The notes under the pieces are model-generated. The model was not told the DNA's origin. It saw nothing but the letters and a program-made list of their open reading frames with translations, and did not search any database. Below, one piece after another: positions 26,841 to 37,235 of a DNA stretch of 64,000 nt. This DNA comes from Ilumatobacteraceae bacterium (GTDB taxonomy: Bacteria > Actinomycetota > Acidimicrobiia > Acidimicrobiales > Ilumatobacteraceae), in assembly GCA_036746695.1 (NCBI GenBank), contig DAIODP010000001.1, forward strand, positions 1,642,787-1,706,786, given 5' to 3'. Numbering within the stretch: position 1 is the stretch's first letter; the number at the start of each line of letters is the position of its first letter. A program made the position numbers and the translations under genes.

Positions 26841-27541
26841 CGCAACCGCTGCAGGCACTTGCCCGCCGAGTGGGGCACACGTTTGCCGACGAAGCGTTGT
26901 TGGCAACGGCCATGCGTCATCGTTCATGGATTTCGGAACACGATGGGTTCGAGTCCAACGAGCGGCTGGAGTTTTTGGGTGACGCAATTGTTGGTTGGGT
27001 AGTTGCCGACATTGTGTACACGCAACACAGCGACTTGCCAGAAGGAAAACTGACCGACTTGCGCAAGAGTGTGGTGAACGCCATTGCGCTTGCCGAGATG
27101 GCCGTTGATTTGGATATTGGTTCGTGCATCATGTTGGGCAAGGGCGAGGCCGCTGCGGGTGGCAATGAAAAGACATCGATTTTGTCGGATGCATTTGAGG
27201 CCGTTATTGGTGCCGTGTATTTGGATGCGGGCCCAACCGTTGCGCACAGCGTTGTCAGTGCGTTGATGGCGCCGCGCATTGCAGATGCGGTTGGCGGGCT
27301 TGATCGGTTGGATGCAAAGACACGGTTACAAGAGCTTGCTTCCAGGTTGTTAGACCAACACGTGCACTACCGAGTCGTTGATGAAGGCCCCGACCACGAG
27401 AAGATGTTTTATGCAACCGTCATTATTGGCGAGCGCGAACTAGGTAGCGGCGAGGGCCGTTCCAAAAAAGCAGCAGAGCAAATCGCTGCCGAAATTGCGT
27501 GCGACACGCTGCAACGCGAATACAGCCAACAGCTGCAATAG
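26837..27541 (+). CDS. rnc: Ribonuclease III
   Basis: Start ATG 26837 overlaps the plsX stop (ATGA). Contains NERLEFLGDA and a C-terminal dsRBD (GEGRSKKAAEQIAA). Confidence 0.92.
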   Translation: MTQPLQALARRVGHTFADEALLATAMRHRSWISEHDGFESNERLEFLGDAIVGWVVADIVYTQHSDLPEGKLTDLRKSVVNAIALAEMAVDLDIGSCIMLGKGEAAAGGNEKTSILSDAFEAVIGAVYLDAGPTVAHSVVSALMAPRIADAVGGLDRLDAKTRLQELASRLLDQHVHYRVVDEGPDHEKMFYATVIIGERELGSGEGRSKKAAEQIAAEIACDTLQREYSQQLQ

Positions 27542-27544
27542 CCA

Positions 27545-28396
27545 ATGCCCGAGTTGCCGGAAGTAGAAACGGTTCGGCGAGGCATTGCTCGGCACGTTGT
27601 TGGCAAGCGCATTGCCCGTGTTGAAGTTGGCCGCGAACGAACGGTGCGACGCACCAGCAAAGAAGCGCTGATCGATGGCTTGTCGGGCGTGCGCATCACG
27701 CATGTTGGAAGGCGCGGAAAGTATTTGTTGTGTTCGCTTGATTCGGGCGAGCAGATGATGATTCATTTGCGCATGAGTGGGCGAGTGTTGGTGGCAGAGG
27801 CAGGTGCAACGCGCCCGCCGCACACGCATGTGGTGATGCATTTGGATGCAGACGACAACGGGCCCGCAAGCGAGATGTGGTTTGTGGACCCCCGAACGTT
27901 TGGCGAAGTGGTGGTGTTCGACCCGCAGCAGGCCGCGACACAAATGCCCGAACTTGCCAAGCTTGGTATCGACCCGATTGAAGACGAGCTGACGCCGCAA
28001 ATACTTCGCGAGCGATTGAAAGGCAAGCGGGGAAGCCTGAAAGCAACGTTGCTCGACCAACATGTTGTTGCGGGCATTGGCAACATTTATGCCGACGAGA
28101 TTTTGCACCGTGCGCGCCTTAGCCCGCGGCGCATTCCTGGCGTATTGACTCTTGCCACATGCACGCGGTTGTGCGAGGCAATCACGCATGTGCTGAATAA
28201 GGCCATCGAGGCTGGGGGCAGCACGCTTGAAGACACGCAATATGTAGACATCGAAGGCGATACCGGCTGGTTTCAGTTGGAGCACCGGGTGTATGGGCGG
28301 GCAGGCCTGCAATGTCTCACCTGTAAAAAGGCACGGATTTCTCGGACGATTATTGCTGGGCGCACCACCTGTTATTGCCCTGTTTGCCAGCGTTAG
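27545..28396 (+). CDS. mutM: Formamidopyrimidine-DNA glycosylase
   Basis: MPELPEVETVRRG... with a C-terminal zinc finger CLTC...CPVCQ. Confidence 0.93.
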   Translation: MPELPEVETVRRGIARHVVGKRIARVEVGRERTVRRTSKEALIDGLSGVRITHVGRRGKYLLCSLDSGEQMMIHLRMSGRVLVAEAGATRPPHTHVVMHLDADDNGPASEMWFVDPRTFGEVVVFDPQQAATQMPELAKLGIDPIEDELTPQILRERLKGKRGSLKATLLDQHVVAGIGNIYADEILHRARLSPRRIPGVLTLATCTRLCEAITHVLNKAIEAGGSTLEDTQYVDIEGDTGWFQLEHRVYGRAGLQCLTCKKARISRTIIAGRTTCYCPVCQR

Positions 28397-28450
28397 GCCG
28401 GTTTCAAATGCCTTGCAGGGGCACGTTTTCAAGTATTCTCGCCGATTGAC

Positions 28451-31400
28451 GTGTTCCTTAAATCGCTAACCCTCAAGGGCTTCAAGTCCTTTGCAGATAC
28501 CACGGTGATGGAGCTCGAACCAGGTGTCACCGTTGTGGTGGGGCCAAACGGTTCGGGCAAATCCAACGTGGTGGATGCCATTGCGTGGGTGCTTGGCGCC
28601 CAGGCACCAAGTTCGGTGCGCAGCCAAAAGATGGACGACGTTATTTTCGCGGGCACGGCGAAGCGCCCGGCACTTGGCCGTGCGGAAGTAATGCTGACCA
28701 TCGACAACTCGGCCGGTTTGTTGCCAATCGAATTTACGGAAGTAACCGTCAGCCGCATTTTGTTCCGCAGCGGCGAAAGCGAATATGCGATCAATGGCGT
28801 GGAGTGTCGTTTGCTCGACGTGCAAGAACTGTTGTCGGATGCAGGCGTTGGCCGCCAGCAACACGTCATCATCAGCCAGGGCCAAATCGATGCGGTGCTG
28901 AATGCACGCCCAGAAGACCGACGCGGAATTATTGAAGAAGCAGCGGGTGTGTTGAAGCACCGCAAGCGAAAAGAAAAAGCAGAACGCCGCCTTGAGGCAA
29001 CCGAAGGCAACTTGATGCGCGCGCAAGACTTGCTGCGCGAAGTGCGACGCAACTTGCGGCCGCTAGAACGACAGGCCGATGCCGCGCGCCGTCACGGTGC
29101 ATTGATTACCGAAATGCGCTCGTTGCAAATGTTCTTGGCTGGTCGCGAAATTCAGGGCTTCACTTCGCGCCTGAAGAACCTTGCAGCCGACAAACTGGCT
29201 GGCGAAGAAGCCGAGCGCGGCTTGCGTGCCAAGTTGTCGGCGCTGGACACCACGGTGATGGCGGCAGAAGCACAACTGAGTGCGCGCGGCGACAGCGGTG
29301 TAAACGACGAGTTGGTTCGCATCGAGCAATTGCGCGGGCGTGCACGCGGCTTGCTGGCCGTGCTTGCCGAGCGTCATCGCTCGACCGAGCGCGACCGCGG
29401 ACAACTGATGGACTCGGGCGTTATTGCAACACTGGAAGCCGACGCAGCGCAGTTGCGTAACGAACTTGGCACTGTGTCTGAACAGATTGCTGCAGTTGCC
29501 GCGGTGGATGCCGAAGGAACACTTTCCGGCGATCACGTTTCCACATTGGAAGAAGCCCGACGCGCAACACAAAAAGTTGGCGAACTTACAGCGCGCGGCC
29601 GCGGGCTGAACGAAGACATCGACCGTTTGCGCAATGTTGTTGAAGCCGACGGGCGCAACGAAGGCGAACTTGCGCAACGCTTAAGCGAAGCCGACACCGC
29701 GCGCGCATCGGCCGAAGCCGCGCTGGATTCGGCAATGGCGCTGTTTGGCACCGCGCAATCCGACGCCAACATTTCGGCTGCACGCGCAGAAGCGCTGCAG
29801 ATGGCAATGGACGCAAACCGTTCCAGCGCAACGGTGTTGCGCGATGTGGAGGGCGCCATTGGCTCGCTTTCTGAACTGATCGAGATAGACGCCGAGCGCC
29901 GTGTTGCTGTGCAGGTAGCACTTGGCGACGCGCTGTCGGCAATGGTTGCGCGCAACGTGGACGCAGCCCGCCGGGCCTTGCAAGAGTTGCGACAAAGCGG
30001 CCGGGTTGGGGCTGTGCTTGCACTGAATGCCATTACCACTGTGCCTTCCACGCCAACGATCAATAACGGTTCAAGCCTGCGCACAAGTGTGCGAGCAAAG
30101 GCTGGCGAGCACGAAACACAAGTCAATCGTTTGCTCGACGTGTTGTTAAGCAGGGTGGTGTTCGTTCAGTCGTGGGCTGATGCTGTGGATGCTGCACTTG
30201 CGCACCCGGAAGCAGTGGTGATTACGGGCGAGGGCGACAAGTTCGCGTCGTCGGGTCTGCGCATTGGCGCAAGCGGCGTAACTGCTGCTGCGCTGGAAGA
30301 AGCGCAATTGCGAGCCGAGCGCGCAGCCGATGCGTTGAAGCGCACACAGACAGATTTGCAAGCAGCACGCACACGCATGTCGCAAACACGTGACGCGCAT
30401 GCATCGTCGCTTACGTTGCTCGAGCGTCACCGTGCATCGGCTCTGCAAAACAACCAGAAGCTTTCGAGTGCATACGACGCGCTGCGTTTGGTGCAAGCCG
30501 AGTTGCAGGGTTTGTTGTCGGTATTGCGCAACGACTTGGAAGTAAAGACTGCAGGCTTGCAAGAGCGCCGACAATTCCTAGAGTCGCGCCTCGCCGATGT
30601 TGAAGCCCGCCTCAATGCCGACGTGGAGGCTCGCGTTGTTGCAGCCGAACGACGCACCAAGGTTGAGGCAAGCCTCACTGCACTGAACCGACTGACGAAG
30701 GTGGCAGCAGACAACGCAAGGTTGTTGGATGCACGCCAGGCCGAGTTGCAAGAAGTGCGCCGCAGGCAAAGCGACGAAGTGCGTGCAATCTCGCAGCGCC
30801 TAGACGAAGCACGTAAAGAGCGCACCACGAACGAGCAAGGCCTCGAGGAGCGCCGCGAAAGAAACCGCCGTATTGAAGTAGAAGAGGCCGAAGTAAAGAT
30901 GCGCCTCGAGGGAACGGTGGAGGCGCTGCGCCGCGACCACTCGTGCGAACCACAAGCGGCAATCGATACGCCAATGCCCGAGTTGCCAGAAAACGTTTCG
31001 CCGATTTCGCGTGTGCGCGAGTTGGAGCGCGAGCTTCGCTTGATGGGCCCAATTAACCCGCTGGCTCTCGAGGAATACGACGAGTTGCAGAAGCGTCACA
31101 CGTTCTTGGAAGAGCAGTTGGAAGACGTGAAGAACACGCGACGCGAATTGATCAAGGTGATCAAGCAAGTAGACATGGAAATTCAGACGACGTTTGCTTC
31201 CGCATTCAGCGACGTGAGCGACAACTTCGAGAAGTTGTTCGGCATGTTGTTCCCTGGCGGCCAGGGCAAACTGACGCTGACCACGCCAAACGATTTGCTG
31301 AACACCGGTATTGAAGTAGAGGCCAAGCCAAGCGGCAAGAACGTGAAGAAGCTGTCGCTGTTATCGGGTGGCGAGCGTTCGCTCGTTGCTCTTGCGTTCC

Positions 31401-31648
31401 TTTTTGCCGTGTTCCGCAGCCGCCCTTCACCGTTCTATGTAATGGACGAAGTGGAAGCCGCGCTCGACGATGTGAACTTGCACCGATTCCTCAGCCTTGT
31501 GCACGAATTCCGTCAAGACGCGCAGCTGCTGATTGTCAGTCACCAGAAGCGCACCATGGAAGCGGGCGACTGCCTGCTTGGTGTGACAATGCAGCCGGGC
31601 GGTTCGTCGCGCGTAATTGTCGAGCGCGCGAGCAAAGCCTCCGCCTAG
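28451..31648 (+). CDS. smc: Chromosome segregation protein SMC
   Basis: GTG start, MFLKSLTLKGFKSF, GPNGSGKSN, long coiled coils, LSGGERSL, YVMDEVEAALD. It is 1065 aa. Confidence 0.92.
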   Translation: MFLKSLTLKGFKSFADTTVMELEPGVTVVVGPNGSGKSNVVDAIAWVLGAQAPSSVRSQKMDDVIFAGTAKRPALGRAEVMLTIDNSAGLLPIEFTEVTVSRILFRSGESEYAINGVECRLLDVQELLSDAGVGRQQHVIISQGQIDAVLNARPEDRRGIIEEAAGVLKHRKRKEKAERRLEATEGNLMRAQDLLREVRRNLRPLERQADAARRHGALITEMRSLQMFLAGREIQGFTSRLKNLAADKLAGEEAERGLRAKLSALDTTVMAAEAQLSARGDSGVNDELVRIEQLRGRARGLLAVLAERHRSTERDRGQLMDSGVIATLEADAAQLRNELGTVSEQIAAVAAVDAEGTLSGDHVSTLEEARRATQKVGELTARGRGLNEDIDRLRNVVEADGRNEGELAQRLSEADTARASAEAALDSAMALFGTAQSDANISAARAEALQMAMDANRSSATVLRDVEGAIGSLSELIEIDAERRVAVQVALGDALSAMVARNVDAARRALQELRQSGRVGAVLALNAITTVPSTPTINNGSSLRTSVRAKAGEHETQVNRLLDVLLSRVVFVQSWADAVDAALAHPEAVVITGEGDKFASSGLRIGASGVTAAALEEAQLRAERAADALKRTQTDLQAARTRMSQTRDAHASSLTLLERHRASALQNNQKLSSAYDALRLVQAELQGLLSVLRNDLEVKTAGLQERRQFLESRLADVEARLNADVEARVVAAERRTKVEASLTALNRLTKVAADNARLLDARQAELQEVRRRQSDEVRAISQRLDEARKERTTNEQGLEERRERNRRIEVEEAEVKMRLEGTVEALRRDHSCEPQAAIDTPMPELPENVSPISRVRELERELRLMGPINPLALEEYDELQKRHTFLEEQLEDVKNTRRELIKVIKQVDMEIQTTFASAFSDVSDNFEKLFGMLFPGGQGKLTLTTPNDLLNTGIEVEAKPSGKNVKKLSLLSGGERSLVALAFLFAVFRSRPSPFYVMDEVEAALDDVNLHRFLSLVHEFRQDAQLLIVSHQKRTMEAGDCLLGVTMQPGGSSRVIVERASKASA

Positions 31649-31660
31649 CGTGGAGCATTC

Positions 31661-32773
31661 ATGAACAACATTTCGCTTCCCATCATCTTTTTGGTGTTGG
31701 CCGTTGTTGTCTTGGTCTTTGGCTTTGGCGTTGTTTGGCTGAATCGCCGCAAGCCGGCCGCGCCATTGGTGCAGCGCGCCACACCGATTACTAAAACCGC
31801 CGTTGTTGAGAAATTAGTAGCTGAGAAAGTGGTAGTTGAAGAAGCGGTAGAAGAAGTAGTCGCTGTCGTAGAGAAGGCGAGTGTTCGAGACAGGTTGTCG
31901 AAAGCGCGAAGCGCATTTGGTGGCGCCGTTACGTCGGTACTTACGCGCAGCGAGATTTCGGACACCACGTGGGACGAGCTGGAAGAGGCGCTGTTGCGAG
32001 CCGACGTTGGCGTGCGCGTGGCGCAAGAACTGATGCAACCGTTGCGCACCCGAGTGAAGAGCAAAGAGATTGTGTCGCCGCAGCAACTGATTGATGCCTT
32101 GCGCCAAGACATGAGCTCGCATCTTGTTTCAACCGATCGCGAACTGCGATTCGACCCAAGTGTTGATGGCCCAAACATCTGGTTGATGGTTGGCGTTAAC
32201 GGTGCGGGCAAGACCACCAGCATTGGAAAGATTTCGGCGCAACAAATTGGCATTGGTCGCACGGTGTTAATGGCTGCGGGCGATACCTTCCGCGCCGCAG
32301 CAGGCGAGCAGCTTGCAACATGGGCCGAGCGCTCTGGTGCCGAAATTATTCGAGGCGCTGAAGGCGGCGACCCATCGTCGGTCATATTCGATGCGGTGCA
32401 GGCAGCAAACGCGCGCAACATCGACTTGGTGCTGGCCGACACGGCGGGCCGGTTGCAGAGCAACACCAACTTGATGGAAGAGTTGCGCAAGGTTCGCCGC
32501 GTTGCTGAAAAGGGCGCGGGCACGGTGACCGAAGTGTTGTTAGTGATTGATGCAACAACCGGGCAAAACGGTTTGAGTCAGGCGCGAGTGTTTGCCGAGG
32601 CTACGCAGGTGACGGGAATCGTGCTCACCAAACTGGACGGCTCGGCAAAGGGCGGCATTGTCTTTGCAATCGAGACCGAGTTGGGTATCCCCATCAAGTT
32701 GGTGGGGCTTGGCGAAACCATCGACGACCTAGTGGCGTTTAACCCCATCGAATTCGTCGACGCGCTGTTCTAA
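31661..32773 (+). CDS. ftsY: Signal recognition particle receptor FtsY
   Basis: N-terminal TM segment, GVNGAGKTTSIGK, DTAGRL, TKLDGSAKGG. Confidence 0.93.
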   Translation: MNNISLPIIFLVLAVVVLVFGFGVVWLNRRKPAAPLVQRATPITKTAVVEKLVAEKVVVEEAVEEVVAVVEKASVRDRLSKARSAFGGAVTSVLTRSEISDTTWDELEEALLRADVGVRVAQELMQPLRTRVKSKEIVSPQQLIDALRQDMSSHLVSTDRELRFDPSVDGPNIWLMVGVNGAGKTTSIGKISAQQIGIGRTVLMAAGDTFRAAAGEQLATWAERSGAEIIRGAEGGDPSSVIFDAVQAANARNIDLVLADTAGRLQSNTNLMEELRKVRRVAEKGAGTVTEVLLVIDATTGQNGLSQARVFAEATQVTGIVLTKLDGSAKGGIVFAIETELGIPIKLVGLGETIDDLVAFNPIEFVDALF

Positions 32774-32784
32774 GTCGACGCGCT

Positions 32785-34782
32785 GTGAAGACCGAGGCGT
32801 CGCACCACAGAAGTGATGTGCAGGTATTGCGTGCTGTTGCCGTGCTTGCCGTCATCGCGTATCACGCAGGGTTGCCCGTGCGCTCGGGCTTTTTGGGTGT
32901 CGACATGTTTCTGGTCATTTCGGGTTACGTGATTTGTGCAACGTTGTTGCGCGAAGGCGAGCGCACGGGCACCATCAGCATTCCCAAGTTTTATGTGCGG
33001 CGCGTGCGGCGTTTGTTCCTGCCGCTGCTGACAATGCTTGCAGTTTCGATGCTGCTGTTTTGGCTGTTTGGCCCGTTCATTGCGCACCGCTCCGTTGCTC
33101 AACAAGCATTTTCTGCGCTTGGGTTCTTTGCGAACTTCCATTACTTCTCTGGTGTCGGTGGGTACTTCGATCCAGAGAAGTCGGCGTCGTACTTCTTGCA
33201 CACGTGGTCGCTTTCGCTGGAGGAGCAGTTCTACGTGGTATTTCCAGTATTCATCGCACTTATCGTGGTTCTGTCGAAACGTTCAACGGTAAAAGTACGA
33301 AGCCGAAATGTGTTTATTGGGGTGGTGGCACTTGCCGCAAGCAGCTTGGCGTTTACTTGGTGGCTCGTTACCTCGTTTCCAGTCACACAGGTGTTTACCC
33401 AATCTGGCACTTCGTTTATCGACCAAATCAAAAATGATGCGGAGTCGTTTGCATTTTTCAGCCCGCTCTCTCGCGCCTGGCAGTTTTTGGTTGGTGCGGC
33501 ATGCGCAGTCGGTACGGCCCGTAAATGGCAATTGAAAAACCGCCAGTTGCGTGCGGCATTTGAACTGGCGTTACTTGCGCTGCTTCTAGCGCTGTTAGCA
33601 GTTGATGGAGGTGCGTCCACCAACTTTTTCGCACCAAGCCGCGTTGGTGTAACTGTGGTTACCGGCCTCTTGGTGCTTGTCGGTTTCGATGGGCTGAAAG
33701 TGCTTACGGCCATAGGAAACCGTTCGTACTCGCTCTATCTCTGGCACTTTCCATTGCTATCGTTCGCGGCTCTCAAGTTTGACTCCTCGGTAGCGAGCAG
33801 AACAATTGCGGTATTGGTCTCTATCGGGTGCACCGAGCTGTCGTATCGGTTCATTGAAACTCGTTCACTTGCTATTGATGTCGAACAGTTTATGAAGCGT
33901 GCGCGTGTGGCACTTGGGGCGTCGGTTGCCGTGTTTGCGCTCGTCGCCGCAGTTGGTGTGTTTGGTGTTGCACAAACTGTTGCTAACGATGTGCTGAAGC
34001 GCGAAGTGGTTGCTGTGGCCACTGCACCGTGGGATGCGCCAAGCGACAGGTGCGCAGCGAACGGCGATGGTTTTACGTACAGCTGTAACAATGGCGAAGC
34101 TTCGGATAGCCAGCTGATACTTGTTGGCGACTCGCATGCTCGTGGGCTCGCGTTTGGGTTCGGTGCTGCAGCCGATTCGCTGGGGCTGTCGTGGTCGGCC
34201 GATACGGGGGCTGGATGCACGTTCGCCCGCTTCAAGGTAGGTAGGCAGTTCGATTTTTGCGATGCATGGGTGGAAACAACGTTGCAGCGCGCCCTTGCAC
34301 TGCAACCGAAGTTGGTGGTGTTATTTCAGTGCTACCGAGTGGGTGCTGGCTGTCCTCAGCCGCAGATGAGCGAAGCCGAACGTAACGAGTATGTGTCTGG
34401 TGTTGCTGCAATCATTAACGAACTGAACGCAGCCGGCATCTCGGTATTGCAGGTGCTGGATACGCCTGCGGTGTCGCCCGAGCAGGCAAGCCCAAGTTTG
34501 TTGTTGAATTCTCCTCGTTTACCCATCCAGCGCGGTGCGACACAAACAAATGCCGAGGTTGCAAAGCAATTGGACAAGATCGCTCGGTCGAGTGAGGGTC
34601 GTTACCATTTGGCCGAGATCACCACTGGCTTGTGCACGGCCGACACCTGCCGTTATGTAGACGACGACAACAATCCGCTGTGGTTCGATACTGACCACCT
34701 GTCGCCATTTGGAGTGGCCGATCGCACCGAGCCCCTGCGTAGCGCAATAGAAAAAGCCCTTTCGCAAACTGTGTCACCGTGA
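32785..34782 (+). CDS. Acyltransferase-3 family membrane protein with C-terminal SGNH-like domain (OafA/YrhL-type)
   Basis: 665 aa. VQVLRAVAVLAVIAYHAG...GVDMFLVISGYVI, multiple TM segments, then a soluble domain with LVGDSHA. Confidence 0.8.
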   Translation: MKTEASHHRSDVQVLRAVAVLAVIAYHAGLPVRSGFLGVDMFLVISGYVICATLLREGERTGTISIPKFYVRRVRRLFLPLLTMLAVSMLLFWLFGPFIAHRSVAQQAFSALGFFANFHYFSGVGGYFDPEKSASYFLHTWSLSLEEQFYVVFPVFIALIVVLSKRSTVKVRSRNVFIGVVALAASSLAFTWWLVTSFPVTQVFTQSGTSFIDQIKNDAESFAFFSPLSRAWQFLVGAACAVGTARKWQLKNRQLRAAFELALLALLLALLAVDGGASTNFFAPSRVGVTVVTGLLVLVGFDGLKVLTAIGNRSYSLYLWHFPLLSFAALKFDSSVASRTIAVLVSIGCTELSYRFIETRSLAIDVEQFMKRARVALGASVAVFALVAAVGVFGVAQTVANDVLKREVVAVATAPWDAPSDRCAANGDGFTYSCNNGEASDSQLILVGDSHARGLAFGFGAAADSLGLSWSADTGAGCTFARFKVGRQFDFCDAWVETTLQRALALQPKLVVLFQCYRVGAGCPQPQMSEAERNEYVSGVAAIINELNAAGISVLQVLDTPAVSPEQASPSLLLNSPRLPIQRGATQTNAEVAKQLDKIARSSEGRYHLAEITTGLCTADTCRYVDDDNNPLWFDTDHLSPFGVADRTEPLRSAIEKALSQTVSP

Positions 34783-34818
34783 CGTTATGAAGCTTGTTCG
34801 GTAGCCTTCGGCAGCACG

Positions 34819-36189
34819 ATGTTTGATTCACTTGGCGACCGATTAGGCGGGGTCTTTAAGCGCCTACGCGCAAAGGGGCGGCTGACCGAGGCCGACGTAA
34901 ACGAGATGCTGGCCGAGATTCGCACGGCATTGCTGGAAGCCGACGTCAACATTGGTGTTGTTCGCAATGTTGTCGAACGCATTCGGGTGCAGGCCATTGG
35001 TGCAAAGGTTGCCGAGGCGCTCGACCCGGGCCAACAGATCATCAAAATTGTTAACGCCGAATTGGTGGCGATGCTTGGTGGCGAAACACTGAAGATTGCG
35101 TATGCGTCGCAACCTCCAACGGTGGTGTTGATGGCGGGCTTGCAGGGTTCCGGTAAAACCACCAGTGCTGCAAAGTTGGCCGCATGGTTTAAGGCGCAGG
35201 GGCGCAACCCAATGTTGGTTGGTGCCGACTTGCAACGCCCCGCTGCAGTGGAGCAATTGAAAGTGCTTGGCGCACAAATCAATGTTCCTGTGTTCTCCGC
35301 ACCGGGCGACCCGGTCGCAACCGCGGCCGCAGGTTTGGCAGAAGCAAAACGCATTGGCCGCGATGTGTTGATTGTGGACACCGCGGGCCGCTTAGCTATC
35401 GACGCCGAAATGATGCAGCAAGTCAGCGACATCTCTGCCGCCGTGAAGCCCGACTACACGTTCCTCGTTGTGGATGCAATGACGGGGCAAGACGCAGTGA
35501 CGGTTGCGAAAGCTTTTGACGAAACGTTGTCGATCAGCGCCGTGATTCTTTCCAAGTTGGACGGCGATGCGCGCGGTGGTGCGGCGCTGTCGGTGAAAGA
35601 AGTGATTGGCAAACCAATTGCGTTTGCGGCAACCGGCGAAAAGATGGACGCCTTCGAGCAGTTCCACCCCGACCGCATGGCAAGCCGAATCTTGGGCATG
35701 GGCGACGTGCTCACGCTGATCGAACAAGCCGAAAAAGTCTTTGAAAAAGAACAGGCCGAGGCCGCAGCGGCGAAAATGTTTGAGGGCGAATTTACGCTCG
35801 ACGACTTCCTCGATCAGTTACAACAAATCAAGAAGATGGGCTCGCTCACCAACGTGATGGGAATGTTGCCCGGCGTGACGAAAGAAATGAAGAACGCCCA
35901 GATCTCGGATGACATGTTGACGGTGACCGAGGCAATCATTTACTCCATGACCAAGGAGGAGCGACGCAAGCCCGAGATCATCAACGGCTCGCGGCGCACG
36001 CGCATTGCGAAGGGCAGTGGAACCCAGGTTTCCGACGTCAACAAGCTGGTGAAGCAATTCTCCGAGATGCAAAAGATGATGAAGCGCATGGGGGGCATGG
36101 CTGGCAAGGGCGGCAAGAAGGGTGGCCCCATGGCAGGAATCCCTGCCGATCTGGCTGCGGCGTTGGGCTCGCGGCCTGGTTCCCGATAG
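34819..36189 (+). CDS. ffh: Signal recognition particle protein Ffh
   Basis: MFDSLGDRL..., GLQGSGKTTSAAKLA, DTAGRL, and a Met-rich M domain. Confidence 0.94.
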   Translation: MFDSLGDRLGGVFKRLRAKGRLTEADVNEMLAEIRTALLEADVNIGVVRNVVERIRVQAIGAKVAEALDPGQQIIKIVNAELVAMLGGETLKIAYASQPPTVVLMAGLQGSGKTTSAAKLAAWFKAQGRNPMLVGADLQRPAAVEQLKVLGAQINVPVFSAPGDPVATAAAGLAEAKRIGRDVLIVDTAGRLAIDAEMMQQVSDISAAVKPDYTFLVVDAMTGQDAVTVAKAFDETLSISAVILSKLDGDARGGAALSVKEVIGKPIAFAATGEKMDAFEQFHPDRMASRILGMGDVLTLIEQAEKVFEKEQAEAAAAKMFEGEFTLDDFLDQLQQIKKMGSLTNVMGMLPGVTKEMKNAQISDDMLTVTEAIIYSMTKEERRKPEIINGSRRTRIAKGSGTQVSDVNKLVKQFSEMQKMMKRMGGMAGKGGKKGGPMAGIPADLAAALGSRPGSR

Positions 36190-36199
36190 CCTGACCGCC

Positions 36200-36472
36200 A
36201 TGTCCGTAAAGCTTCGCCTCACCCGAGTAGGTAAAACAAAGCAACCGCATTACCGCATCGTTGCTGCCGATACGCGCTCTGCGCGCGATGGCCGTTTCCT
36301 CGAAATCGTTGGTAACTACCACCCACAGTCCGAGCCATCAGCGCTCACTGTTGATAACGAGAAGGCCATGAAGTGGCTGAAGCAAGGCGCATTGCCAAGC
36401 GATCGTGTCAAGAAACTGCTCGAAATTTCGGGCGTCTGGGCAGAGTTCACCGCATCCAAGAAGTCCAAGTAG
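36200..36472 (+). CDS. rpsP: 30S ribosomal protein S16
   Basis: ATG 36200: MSVKLRLTRVGKTKQPHYRIVAADTRSARDGRFLE. Confidence 0.92.
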   Translation: MSVKLRLTRVGKTKQPHYRIVAADTRSARDGRFLEIVGNYHPQSEPSALTVDNEKAMKWLKQGALPSDRVKKLLEISGVWAEFTASKKSK

Positions 36473-36487
36473 TTCTTTCCATTACTC

Positions 36488-36757
36488 GTGACTGATTCTG
36501 CAAATCTCGTTCCTGCTCCTGTAGCAACCGCCGTGCTCGATCACGTCGTTCGTTCCATCGTCGACAACCCAGAGGCCGTCAAGGTTGAAGGTTTCCCCGA
36601 TGGCGACAAAATTCTGCTCGAAGTTCGCGTTGGCGAAGGCGACTTGGGCCGCGTTATCGGCCGTCGCGGTCGCACCGCAATGAGCATCCGCGCAGTTGTG
36701 CGCGCAGCCGCAGTTCGTGACGGCGTAGAAATTGATGTCGACTTCGTCGACGACTGA
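36488..36757 (+). CDS. KH-domain RNA-binding protein (UPF0109/YlqC)
   Basis: GRVIGRRGRTAMSIRAVV, in the conserved rpsP-KH-rimM-trmD order. Confidence 0.85.
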   Translation: MTDSANLVPAPVATAVLDHVVRSIVDNPEAVKVEGFPDGDKILLEVRVGEGDLGRVIGRRGRTAMSIRAVVRAAAVRDGVEIDVDFVDD

Positions 36758-37235
36758 TCAACAGCCACCAACTGGTTTGCTGCATGTTGGCCGCATTGGC
36801 CGACCCCACGGTGTTCGTGGCGCAATGTATGTCGACTTCTTCTCGAGTCATCCGCAACGCACCTCGCCAAAATCCAAATTGTGGGTTGCTGGCACGTGGT
36901 ACGAAATTGCAACAGCGAAACCGCAAGGCGAGCGTTGGCTGTTGTCGTTTGCCGGCATGGACGACCGCAACATTGCCGAGCGCTTAACTAATAGCGATGT
37001 GTATGGCGAAGCAATTGACGACCCAAGCGTGGTGTGGGTGCACCAACTTGTTGGCAGCGTCGTGACCGATGCAAGCGGCACGCAGTTCGGTACATGTGTT
37101 GGCGTGATCGACAACCCCGCGCACCCAATCATGGAACTTGATAATGGTTTCCTTGTTCCAACGCCGTTCATTGTGTCCAACGAAAACGGCCGAATTGTGA
37201 TCGATGCTCCTGAAGGGCTTTTCGATGCGGATTGA
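36735..37235 (+). CDS. rimM: Ribosome maturation factor RimM
   Basis: LLHVGRIGRPHGVRGAMYV and a PRC-barrel C-terminus. The start is uncertain (TTG 36732, ATG 36735 or TTG 36777). Confidence 0.85.
   Translation: MSTSSTTDQQPPTGLLHVGRIGRPHGVRGAMYVDFFSSHPQRTSPKSKLWVAGTWYEIATAKPQGERWLLSFAGMDDRNIAERLTNSDVYGEAIDDPSVVWVHQLVGSVVTDASGTQFGTCVGVIDNPAHPIMELDNGFLVPTPFIVSNENGRIVIDAPEGLFDAD

Noticed and set aside
25850-26920. 356-aa minus-strand ORF
   Set aside because: It is antisense to plsX, which has unambiguous motifs on the + strand.
27440-28432. 330-aa minus-strand ORF
   Set aside because: It is antisense to mutM.
28451-31648. SMC appears short (1065 aa), possibly from an internal deletion
   Set aside because: Head, coiled-coil and C-terminal signature motifs are all present and the frame is intact. 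Length alone is not evidence of anything without an alignment.
28429-32523. Several 140-290-aa minus-strand ORFs (28429-29052, 29533-30126, 31645-32523 and others)
   Set aside because: They are antisense to smc and ftsY and are shadow ORFs of GC-rich coding sequence.
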